Part shown: in pieces, positions 37,101 through 48,700 of the stretch | How positions within the stretch are numbered: position 1 is the first letter of the stretch | Layout: each line of letters starts with the position of its first letter | NCBI GenBank assembly: GCA_950097015.1 | Contig: CATNEN010000001.1 | Location: 18,352,001 to 18,416,000 of the forward strand | From: Macrostomum hystrix | Taxonomy: Eukaryota; Animalia; Platyhelminthes | Length of the DNA stretch: 64,000 nucleotides | Reading direction: 5' to 3' | Notes under the pieces: generated by a model | The model's database searches: none | The model's input: the letters and a program-made list of their open reading frames with translations, nothing else | Told to the model about the DNA's origin: nothing | Made by a program: the position numbers and the translations under genes

Positions 37101-40100
37101 GTAATATTTATTAAGTGCGTTGGTCAAAACCTAAATTTGGATAGACAGAAATAGAAACACATAAAGCACTTTAGCGACTACTGGTAGTATCACGACTTGC
37201 TTTTTGATGCGGAATTTTGGGACAATGATATTAACTTGTTGCTATTTTTAGAACAATATTATGGAAACCCCTTTTGTAACCAACCTAAATCGAATCACGT
37301 GAGTGGCTACAAGAACTGACAAAAGAAGGACAGACATGAGATAAGGAGATTAGTATAATTGAAAATACAAAAGCAACTAAATTTTACCAATCGACGAGCT
37401 ACCCAGGGTGAAATTTGATCCTGGGTGACAAATTGTAAAATGATTGTACGTAGCTTTGAGCAAACTTGATGCATTCAATTCAAATCCGTGCGCTGGTTGG
37501 TGAGTGCAGTAAAACAAATAATTCAATTAAAAATCTTAAATAAACTCAATTTACTTATGAAGGTGGTCAGAAAATGCGTTTCAAGGGAAGGATCCAGTTT
37601 AGTACCACAAGTCTCGAAAATATAATGCAATAAAATATCTAACCAGGGTGCCATAAACCATTGCAACAAAATTGTATTTCGATTTTGCATAGATTAATTG
37701 TACAATACCTAAGTCTGACTAGATGTGGCTCACGCCCTTATCCAGAATTTCTAATTTAATTCCGCGTTACTAACTCAATTCCAAGCAAGAATATTAGCGG
37801 AAGAGACGGGTACAAGCAACTCAAATTTATTGTACAATTAAGTGCGTCTAATAATACAATTAAGCTAATTAAAACTTCCAAAAAAGTAGCTAGGAACTTT
37901 GGCATTCGGATAAGGCATCAGCCAGGAATTGTAAAAGTTATACTAGCTAAAATCTACCTTATGGGAGTATCGCATACGATATTTTTATAATAACTATGTT
38001 TCTACGATTCCCATGAATTTGTCTGTAGACCTGACTACGTACGCTGATGGTTCAGTTCGGGGTGGATGTACATTGAGGGTTCAGTTCGGGTTGGGTGTAC
38101 ATTGAGGGTTCAGTTCGGGTTGGGTGTACATTGAGGGTTCAGTTCGGGGTGGATGTACATTGAGGGTTCAGTTCGGGTGGATGTACATTGAGGGTTTAGT
38201 TTGGGTAAATGTACATTGAAGATTCAGTTCGGGGTGGATGTACATTGAAGATCCAATTTGTGGTGGATGTACGTTGAAGATTCAGTGGACTGTACATTAA
38301 GAGTGCACAGACTGAGTTTCAGATCGTAGATTTAGTATAGTAAGCTTGTTTGAAATCAGAAGTCGGAATATTAGAAAGCTTGATTCATCGACAAACCTCT
38401 TCGTTGAGCCGCAGATCCAGTAAAGTAGGAAGCTTGTCCCTCCACTTGAAATGTTAAAATGTAGAACATCACCTCTGATGACTCGTTGCGCACAGGAGCA
38501 ACCATTGTGTTAGACTGGAATCTAGTGCCTGCAGGGTGCCAATGCGAGATTTTGTTTAGTTTAGCATATTAATTAATAATAGCTCGTATAACTTTTTTCT
38601 GCTATGAACTATTCTGTTAGACAGAATGCTCATCTGTTAGACAGAATGCTCATCTGTTAGACAGAATGCTCATCTGTTAGATAGACTGCTCATCTGTTAG
38701 AGAGAATGCTCATCTGTTAGACAGAATGCTCATCTGTTAGACAGAATGCTCATCTGTTAGACAGATTGCTCATCTGTTAGACAGAATGCTCATCTTTTAA
38801 AAGCAATGCTCACCATCCTTCTTATAGAACAGAATTTGAATCTGGCGTTCGTCCCGACCATTCAGGGCATCTCTCAGCTCGGTGATGGACTGGACGCTCG
38901 TCAGCGGCCCGTGCAGGAAGTCCATGCAAGCCGAGCGCTGCATGATGTCAGCTCGGGTGTAGCCAACCAGCTCACAGAAGCCATCGTTGCAGAAGATTAC
39001 GGGGCGTTGGTCGATCTGAGCGTTGGCGATGCAGAACTTGCGATCTGGTTTAGGGAGAGAATGTTCGTTCAATTGAAAAAATGGAACAAATTTAATATTC
39101 AGCAGTCCAATCAAATACAAACAAGCAGTGAAACTATGGTTACTGTCATATATAATACTATTGATTAGCATATTTAAATACCTCCAGTAATAAAAATAGT
39201 TTGTATGAAACAACTCATGTATTTTTGTGGCATCATAAAAAGTTTTGTGGTTTATTATAATTACATAAGTTATTTTAAGCAGCCACTGTAAAATGTAGTA
39301 ATATAATGCTAGATTGAAAGATAGCCTTTTGCAAATTTAGACATTCCTTAGACCATGTAATTGTTCTAGGGCTTTACTTCTTGTTACTTAATTCTACTGA
39401 ATGCCACCAAAGTTGTTCTTGGGCTATTTGATAATTTCACTGCTGTTGACTCAATTTAAAAGATATTTTTAAATGGCGGTCCTTAAATGGGCCGTTTTAG
39501 CTTCTCAAATGGTAGCGTTTATATATGCACGAGCGGTAACTAGGCAACTGTACACGTTTCCAGTCAATTAGGCGTCCCCGAGATTAGAGTTTAGCAGTTT
39601 CTCTTCTGTAATATTCTTAGTATAATTCCTGAGTATAATTCTGATTATATCTCTCACTGCTATTTCTTCTTAAAATGAATAACACAATGCAATACCTTCG
39701 GAAATTTGCTTTTTAACACACTTAAAAACTCTTTTTACAAACACACTAAAACTTCTCAATTTCAACTCTTTACACACTTCAAATTATCTCACTTTAAACT
39801 CACTCTTTAAACTCTTGAAAACACCTTAGAACACTTGCCTTTAACTTCAACTTCTTACAAGAAAACTTCGGAGACACTTTAGACTCTTTAACACTTTTGT
39901 TTGCCCTTTTTATTTTTCCTGGTCAAAACTCGCGGCTATTTATACAGAGCAAATTGACATTTCGTTAAAACGATAATATTTTACAAAGTATTATTTACAG
40001 GATACAGTATTAAAACAAAATTATTTACATAAGCATTACTTTCAATACGGTACAAAGATAAACAAAAATTATTTTTTTTGGCGCATTTTTGATTTTATTT

Positions 40101-40714
40101 ATTTTTACAATTTTTATAATAGAAAGAACATATTTATAAAGTGGCTAACTGTTACATAATTACAATAATTGTTTTAAAAAGCTTTAGAAACAAATTTTAT
40201 TTTTTTTCCTTCAACCCAATGAGTTTATAAAAATGTTGATGATTTAGAGAGATTTAAGATCTTTCATAAGATCTTATGAATAAGTAATAGGCCATTAATA
40301 AAAAAATATTTTATGGATAAATTTTATTGTTTACTTAACAACTTGTCTCGAAAATGTTATTTTAGGAAACTACACTTTAACTGCTAAAGCTCAAGTCAGC
40401 ATATGAATTATTTTCATATTTTTTAAAGAAAATCTGTAAACTAGTAGGAAGACATTAAGAAAAAATCATGAGTAATACTTTGAAATACCAGCATAATCAC
40501 TGGTCTTAATTTATGTTATTCCTTGACTTGAACAACTATAAGCGATAATACCATTATCACCATTCTGGTGATTCATATTCATTCAGAGGTTTAATTGCTA
40601 CAACTTCTCCACAGAAATAGAGTGAAAAGAACACTTACTTTGCCCATCAAATTTTCGAATCAATGTGTCTAAAAACGTGTTTTGTGGTGCAACATGACCG
40701 CGCCTTACAGGCAT
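31151..40714 (-). CDS. KCNH2: ERG (KCNH2/seizure-like) voltage-gated K+ channel; exons 40714-40639, 39044-38814, 38528-38397, 36664-36371, 36223-36030, 34564-34370, 34097-33861, 33592-33365, 33207-32630, 32512-32235, 32150-31732, 31540-31151
   Basis: N-terminus [28 protein letters not shown] domain ([12 protein letters not shown]), HNVSEKVAQ|[16 protein letters not shown]4 [28 protein letters not shown], pore [13 protein letters not shown]-linker and cyclic-nucleotide-binding homology domain, and a C-terminal coiled coil. All junctions are GT-AG and in frame. Confidence 0.95.
33620..33790 (+). mobile_element. Degenerate internal fragment of SINE family A (ERG intron)
   Basis: GAAGGCTTGG..CTTGTCGTGC, AAGGCACAGTGAGAGT.TACACTGCCTGAC and GCAGATG.ACACACCTGTGTGAG. 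Confidence 0.75.
34181..34328 (+). mobile_element. SINE family A, head plus tail with the centre deleted (ERG intron)
   Basis: tRNA-like head with GTTCGATTCC, body to TGCAATT, then directly the ATT-rich tail. Confidence 0.8.
38045..38300. repeat. ~29-bp minisatellite (GTTCAGTTCGGGGTGGATGTACATTGAGG)n
   Basis: Degenerate tandem copies in an ERG intron. Confidence 0.9.
38613..38795. repeat. 20-bp minisatellite (ACAGAATGCTCATCTGTTAG)n
   Basis: Tandem copies in ERG intron 2. Confidence 0.93.
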
Positions 40715-42714
40715 TGTTAAGTATCACTCTGCCGACCCTGACAAATCAGGTTTTAAATTATGGTCATGGAAACTGAAAAAGCATGAGCGAGTTACAAATA
40801 GTATGTATCTTGATCACTATGAATTGATAGCTTATGTTTCGATAATTGTAATGAAATAAAAATTTAAATGCCTATTAAAATCCGATGGGGCCTCCGACGA
40901 AGTTCTTGCGCTTGCGATTCTAAAAAATATAATCGATCGATAAAATTAAATTGTAGCTAATAACAACGTCTTACAGTAAAACGAATATTGCTTTAACATA
41001 TTATAATAGCATGATTTTAATAGCAAAATTGAAAATTATTTACAAAGGATCGTATTCTTAAATGTATTAGTGAGAAAAAACTAGAAAAAGTATAATTAAA
41101 AGCACTTTTTATTACGAGTAGCACTTAATTTTCGTGATTCTCAGAATTGAGATCGTGAAAAAGATCGTGAATGCGTGAACGTAAAAACGTGAACCTGAAA
41201 GGACAAAATGATTATCAATAACAGTAATACAATTGAATACGATAATACTGAGAACGGGAAGTACTTTTTATGCTGTAAAGTAATAAAGCTGAGCAGTTGC
41301 TTTAATTTAAACGGGTTTATGCGCATGAAATAGGGCTCGTACGTTCTCATTTCATTTCTTTTTCTTTACTTTTCTTTTCCCATTATTTTTTTCTTGGAAA
41401 CTTAGGTTCTGAATGAATGTTCGGGCCGTTCAAAAGCCTCTTATATTGTACTAACCTGCAAATTGAACACTTGGATGCTGCTGTTGTCGGCATTTTCAGC
41501 ATTTTTCCCTACAACAATCGATTGTCAGATCTTCTTCAGTCTTATATATCCATGGACGATTTAAACTACTTAAACTGCATAAAATATGTAGTTTAAGTAG
41601 TCCCTGTCTATATCTGACGAAAAACTCCCTCCAAGCTTGTTTTTATCGTCGAAAAAATCGACAAAAACCTTTGGACACCAGAACCAGTTAGGATCTTCCT
41701 CGCATCTGGTGATGCAGTTTTTATTGCACTTAAACCTGTAAGAGTGAAACAGCAGCGTTGCAGGAACTCCGATGGGAGAAAACCTCGACATTTTTACGGA
41801 TGATGGAAATTACAGAAAAAATGAAACAATTAATTTTTACGGTAAATATTTTTATATTGGCTGTAGGCTGTTTTTACCATAGCAACAATTTTTTTGCATT
41901 GATTAATAATCCGCGTAAAGTACCTCTGTCTACAGTAGAAAACTTATTCACGCAATAACAACGTGAAATCCGTGCTAAACTTTTAGGAAAAATTTCAAAA
42001 ACATTTGGCTAAAAGTCCAATTACTCAGTGACTTATTAGTTTGATCAGGTACCAAGTAAATACGAGTAGCCGAACTGATCTTCATTGCCAAAGTCTGAAC
42101 AGGTGGCGCTGTTTACTCTGAAAGCAAATTAGCTGGAGGATTAGCACCGGCCATAATACGATTTTCCATTGTCTCCAACGTGCGTTTTTTCATATTGTTT
42201 TCGTGTTATTTCATTCCTGATTAAGCGTCAATTAAGAATTAAGTTTAGGCACTTAATCAATTGTGGACAAAAACAAGGAGATTAGCGGAGGGGGAGTTGT
42301 GTTGAGAACACCTGTCGCCTCGACCGAAAACTGAGTACAGTGCTCAGCATGTGCTAGCACTAGAAATTTCTGAACTGACAAAAGAAAAACAAACGATTAT
42401 GAGAGGCCGAATTTGTTAGAGCGGTGTTTTTTGCTGGCTAAAGCAAGTATTGTGCAACAGGTTTCATAAAAATTGATCTCAGATTAAAACAAGCTTGTTA
42501 TGGGATCTCGGACTGTAAACAGGATTTAGGGAAGATTAAGGCGGTATTGGCCCATTATTTAAACACGTGTCTCAGCTGACACCAAAAACTTCTTTTTATC
42601 GAGGCTGCTGGCAACTATCATTGAATCGAAAGATTTCAGATTGTTGCTAGATAGAACTCTCAACCTTCCTCTACTAGCGTAGCTTGTTTCGATTGAAACC
42701 GAAGAGAACAGGCC

Positions 42715-45700
42715 ATGGGGCAAAAACTGCTCACTGCCGCCCTGTGGACCTCCGTGCTGCTTCTAGCAGCAGATTTGGCACAGCTCGGTTACGCTGATTC
42801 AAGCAGCAAGAAGATTAAAGAGACCGCCATGTGAGCAGCAAGTTCTTTCCTTGCTACCCACTTGCTTCGCCCTTACTTACTGGAACCTGTTAGACACTGA
42901 AAACTGTTAGACACTGAAACCTGTTAGACCCTGGAACCTGTTAGACACTGGAACCTGTTAGACACTGGAACCTGTTAGACACTGGAACCTGTTAGACACT
43001 GGAACGTGTTAGGCACTGGAACCTGTTAGACACTGGAACCTGTTAGACACTGGAACCTGTTAGACACAGGAACCTGTTAGACACTGGAACGTGTTAGGCA
43101 CTGAGACCATGTTAGGCACTGAGACCATGTTAGGCACTGGAACCTGTTAGACAACATAACCTGGAATTTCAGCGTCGGTCGCCCCGGCTGGTGCCTTTGC
43201 TCCTATCAGAACCGAGATGAGACCAATTCCTCATGCGGCAACATTGTGGAGATGACCATGCAGGGCAGATCCATTGTTGAGGTCTCGGTTCCGATCACCC
43301 CAGAGGCTGCTGCGGCCACTGGTAGAACTGACCACGAGAAGCGGCAGCTTTCGCTACAGGCTTACATCAGGGACTTTGCAGCCAGCAAGCCGACACCAGA
43401 CTGCACCTTCTACAGGTAGGTGCATGCGTTAGGTTCACCCTAATGTCAATTATGCTAGATTCCTTATCAGTTCCTTATCAGTTCCTTATCAGTTCCTTAT
43501 CAGTTCCTTATCAGTTCCTTATCAGTTCCTTATCAGTTCCTTATCAGTTCCTTATCAGTTCCTTATCAGTTCCTTATCAGTTCCTTATCAGTTCCTTATC
43601 AGTTCCTTATCAGTTCCTTATCAGTTCCTTATCAGTTCCTTATCAGTTCCTTATCAGTTCCTTATCAGTTCCTTATCAGTTCCTTATCAGTTCCTTATCA
43701 GTTCCTTATCAGTTCCTTATCAGTTCCTTATCAGTTCCTTATCAGTTCCTTATCAGTTCCTTATCAGTTCCTTATCAGTTCCTTATCAGTTCCTTATCAG
43801 TTCCTTATCAGTTCCTTATCAGTTCCTTATCAGTTCCTTATCAGTTCCTTATCAGTTCCTTATCAGTTCCTTATCAGTTCCTTATCAGTTCCTTATCAGT
43901 TCCTTATCAGTTCCTTATCAGTTCCTTTTCGGTTCAAATGAACTCCCTCAGAACCAGTCAGCTGGAGAAGACTGAGTGCTGCGAAGGCTACGGCGGCTCG
44001 AACTGCCAGACGGTGATTTGTTTTGTCAGTACCGGTGGCTGCCTGAACGGTGGCAGATGCGTCAGGCCCAATGTCTGTCAGTGCGCAGCTAATTATCTTG
44101 GCCTCAACTGCGACGAAGATCTCAATGGTAACGAACCGCTGCTTGACTGAGTATTATAATATTAGCAGGAGATTAATTCGCCTATCATGCTACTTGCGAA
44201 TCGGCGAGTAGTGCAGTCCGATTATTATCTCCCCTGAACAATTCTGACTTCCAGCCATCAAGAATACACCGAGCGAGCAGTACTGCTACTCGGACGACAG
44301 CTGCAACACCAAGAAGGCTTCAACGGGCTCTAGGCGTGTCAGCTTCGATGCCTGCTGCTCCGATGGAATGGGCAGCTTCGGCTATCAGAAGGGCTGCATG
44401 AGCTGCAAAGCTGGATCAGTTTGTGAGTGTGATTTCAGTGGGATCATGGATTTTAAGTGGGATCAGGGATTTCAGTGGGATCAGGGATTTTAAGTGGGAT
44501 CAGGGATTTTAAGTGGGATCAGGGATTTTAAGTGGGATCAGGGATTTTAAGTGGGATCAGGGATTTTAAGTGGCATCAGGGATTTTAAGTGGGATCAGGG
44601 ATTTTAAGTGGGATCAGGGATTTTAAGTGGGATCAGGGATTTTCAGCACAAAGGCGATTTAGAGACGCAACAATATTATCGATAAAATGTTTTAACAAAT
44701 CAATGGATCTATGTATCTGCGAATTTACTGATCTACGTATCTAGAGATCTAGAGATCTAGAGATCTACAGATCTACATATCTACGGATCTAAAGATCTAC
44801 AGATCTACGGATCTAACGATCTACGGATCTAACGATCTACGGATCTAACGATCTACGGATCTAACGATCTACGGATCTAACGATCTACGGATCTAACGAT
44901 CTACGGATCTAACGATCTACGGATCTAACGATCTACGGATCTAACGATCTACGGATCTAACGATCTACGGATCTAACGATCTACGGATCTAACGATCTAC
45001 GGATCTAACGATCTACGGATCTAACGATCTACGGATCTAACGATCTACGGATCTAACGATCTACGGATCTAACGATCTACGGATCTAACGATCTACGGAT
45101 CTAACGATCTACGGATCTAACGATCTACGGATCTAATGATCTACGGATCTAACGATCTACGGATCTAACGATCTACGGATCTAACGATCTACCGATCTAA
45201 CGATCTACGGATCTAACGATCTACGGATCTAACGATCTACGGATCTAACGATCTACGGATCTAACGATCTACGGATCTAACGATCTACGGATCTAACGAT
45301 CTGCGGATCTAACGATCTACGGATCTAACGATCTACGGATCTAACGATCTACGGATCTAACGATCTACGGATCTAACGATCTACGGATCTAACGATCTAC
45401 GGATCTAACGATCTACGGATCTAACGATCTACGGATCTAACGATCTACGGATCTAACGATCTACGGATCTAACGATCTACGGATCTAACGATCTACGGAT
45501 CTAACGATCTACGGATCTAACGATCTACGGATCTATAACGATCTACGGATCTAACGATCTACGGATCTATAACGATCTACGGATCTAACGATCTACGGAT
45601 CTATAACGATCTACGGATCTAACGATCTACGGATCTAACGATCTACGGATCTAACGATCTACGGATCTAACGATCTACGGATCTAACGATCTACGGATCT

Positions 45701-48700
45701 AACGATCTACGGATCTAACGATCTACGGATCTAACGATCTACGGATCTAACGATCTACGGATCTAACGATCTACGGATCTAACGATCTACGGATCTAACG
45801 ATCTACGGATCTAACGATCTACGGATCTAACGATCTACGGATCTAACGATCTACGGATCTAACGATCTACGGATCTAACGATCTACGGATCTAACGATCT
45901 ACGGATCTAACGATCTACGGATCTAACGATCTACGGATCTAACGATCTACGGATCTAACGATCTACGGATCTAACGATCTACGGATCTAACGATCTACGG
46001 ATCTAACGATCTACGGATCTAACGATCTACGGATCTAACGATCTACGGATCTAACGATCTACGGATCTAACGATCTACGGATCTAACGATCTACGGATCT
46101 AACGATCTACGGATCTAACGATCTACGGATCTAACGATCTAAATATTCACAAGCTTACCCATTCACCCTTCCTCATCTGACAGATAAGAACAGCAGCGCA
46201 GTGTCTGTGGTCCCATTCGACACCTGTGTCAGCTTCGGGCCGAACTCCTACCGCACGCTGGACGGCAAGACCTTTGAGTACCAGGGCCGGTGCAGCTACC
46301 TGCTGGCTGGCAGTGTGAATCCCACCATGAAGTGGTGGGTGCAGAGCTCCCTGCTCAACTGTGACAAATTTGAAACCTGCAAAAAGGTGAGCAAGTGAGC
46401 AGTGTGATAACGAAAATCTGAGGGCCTGATACATTTTCGGAACCAACCCGCCTCCTCCTTCAAGATGGTGACGATGCGTTTCGACGATGTGCACCAGTTC
46501 GTGGCTGTGGGCTACAACCTGAAGGTGTTCAAGTTCACCGGCTCAGCCACCGGGGCCACCGAGAAGATCGCCGATGTGGACTTTGTCGAAGACGCCGAGC
46601 CCCGAGAGTGGAGCGGCGTGAAGGTCGAGAGAAAAGGCTGCAACGTCTACCTGACTGTCCGCAGCCTCGGCGTCAAGCTGAAGTGGGACGACCAGAGCTC
46701 CGTCTATGTCACGCTGGACCGGGACTCGCACAAGAATCGCGGATTGAAGGGCCTGTGCGGTGACTACGACGGCGACGCCAGTAACGATTTCGGCAGCACC
46801 TCCAACCCGGCCGCCTTTGGCAACCAGTGGAAGGCAGACAATGTGAGCACTGCCCTGTGTGTGTCCCTGTGTGTGTCCCTGTGTGTGTTGCTTCTAGGAG
46901 AAAGTAGAGGAGCAATAACCTTAGGTAAATCAGAGACAGGAATAAGAATACTTGATTACAAATGCCCCGATTGGGTCAGATGTGCAGCCAACAGCACAGC
47001 CGCAGCTATTGCGCGGCGCATCTGATGTCTGTGTACGGCTGTTCAGTCCATGGACTGGGCGGACACCACACGCTCCCTCAATTACCCACTAAATGCTGGC
47101 ACCCATTTAACAGCTGGGTGAACCGAAGCAACGCAGTGTCCTGCTAAAGGACACAAATTGTTCTAGTGGAGTCGGGAATCGAACCCCCGAACTTCAAGTT
47201 GTGAGTCCGATGTTCTAACCACTAGGCCCCAATCACCAACTTACCCCTACTGGACTACTAACCCCCTACTAGTAGGCTACTAACCCCCTACTAGTAGGCT
47301 ACTAACCCCCTACTAGTAGGCTACTAACCCCCTACTAGTAGGCTTCTAAACCCCTACTAGTAGGCTACTAACCCCCTACTAGTAGGCTACTACCCCCTAC
47401 TAGTAGGCTACTAATCTCCCTACTAGTAGGCTACTAACCCCCTACTAGTAGGCTACTAATCTCCCTACTAGTAGGCTACTAACCCCCTACTAGTAGGCTA
47501 CTAGCCCTGCAAGGCTAAAACTCCTGACAGTTACCAAGTGGAAGAAGCAAATATATTTCCGTCCATGCAGAGAGAAACATTAGGCTAGGAAGTGACCAAA
47601 TCAACTAAACCTTGTGACCCGCCACCTGTTCGTCAGTGCATGGACATTGCGAACCCACCGTCGCACTGCGAGACACCAGAGAGCCGAGCCGCCGCAGAGA
47701 GCGACTGCGGCCCGATCAACACAATGTTCTTCCAGTGCCACAGGAAGATTGCGCCGACAGAAATCTTCTCGCGCTGCGTTGAGGACATGTGCACTTTGGC
47801 AAAGAGCGCTGAGACCGCGCCGGAGGCCAAGTCGCGAGTTCTGTGCTCACACCTGGCTGCTTACTCTTACCAGTGCGCTCTGGAGGGCGTCTGCATCGAC
47901 TGGAGATCGTCAACTATGTGTCGTGAGTAATTAGATGGGACACATTGAGTAGTGGAGATTGAGTAGAGGCGATTGAGTCCGGGAGACTGTACAGGAGATT
48001 GAGTAGGGAAGATTATGTAGAGGAGATTGAGTAGGGAAGATTATGTAGAGGAGATTATGTAGAGGAGATTGAGTACGGGAGATTAAGTAGGGAAGATTAT
48101 GTAGAGGAGATTGAGTAGGGAAGATTATGTAGAGGATATTGAGTAGAGATTGAGTAGAGGAGATTGAGTAGAGGATATTGAGTAGGGATGATTATGTAGA
48201 GGAGATTGAGTAGAGGAGATTGAGTAGGGGAGATTGAGTAGGGAAGATTGAGTAGGGAAGATTATGTAGAGGAGATTGAGTAGAGATTGAGTAGAGGAGA
48301 TTGAGTAGAGGAGACTGAGTAGAGTAGATTGAGTAGAGGAGATTGAGTAGAGTAGATTGAGTAGGGGAGATTGAGTAGGGAAGATTGAGTAGGGAATATT
48401 ATGTAGAGGAGATTGAGTAGGGAAGATTATGTAGAGGAGATTATGTAGAGGAGATTATGTAGAGGAGATTGAGTACGGGAGATTGAGTAGGGAAGATTAT
48501 GTAGAGGAGATTGAGTAGGGAAGATTATGTAGAGGATATTGAGTAGAGATTGAGTAGAGGAGATTGAGTAGAGGATATTGAGTAGGGATGATTATGTAGA
48601 GGAGATTGAGTAGAGGAGATTGAGTAGGGGAGATTGAGTAGGGAAGATTGAGTAGGGAAGATTATGTAGAGGAGATTGAGTAGAGATTGAGTAGAGGAGA

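Noticed and set aside
43443-43950. N-terminal [11 protein letters not shown] repeats fused to the EGF exon in the ORF track
   Set aside because: An intronic 11-bp repeat; exon 2 joins exon 3 at 43951 in frame.
47160-47235. Possible tRNA gene on the - strand
   Set aside because: A and B boxes are present but the anticodon stem pairs poorly, and the sequence continues into a CORE-like SINE body with a second degenerate copy. It is treated as a SINE head.
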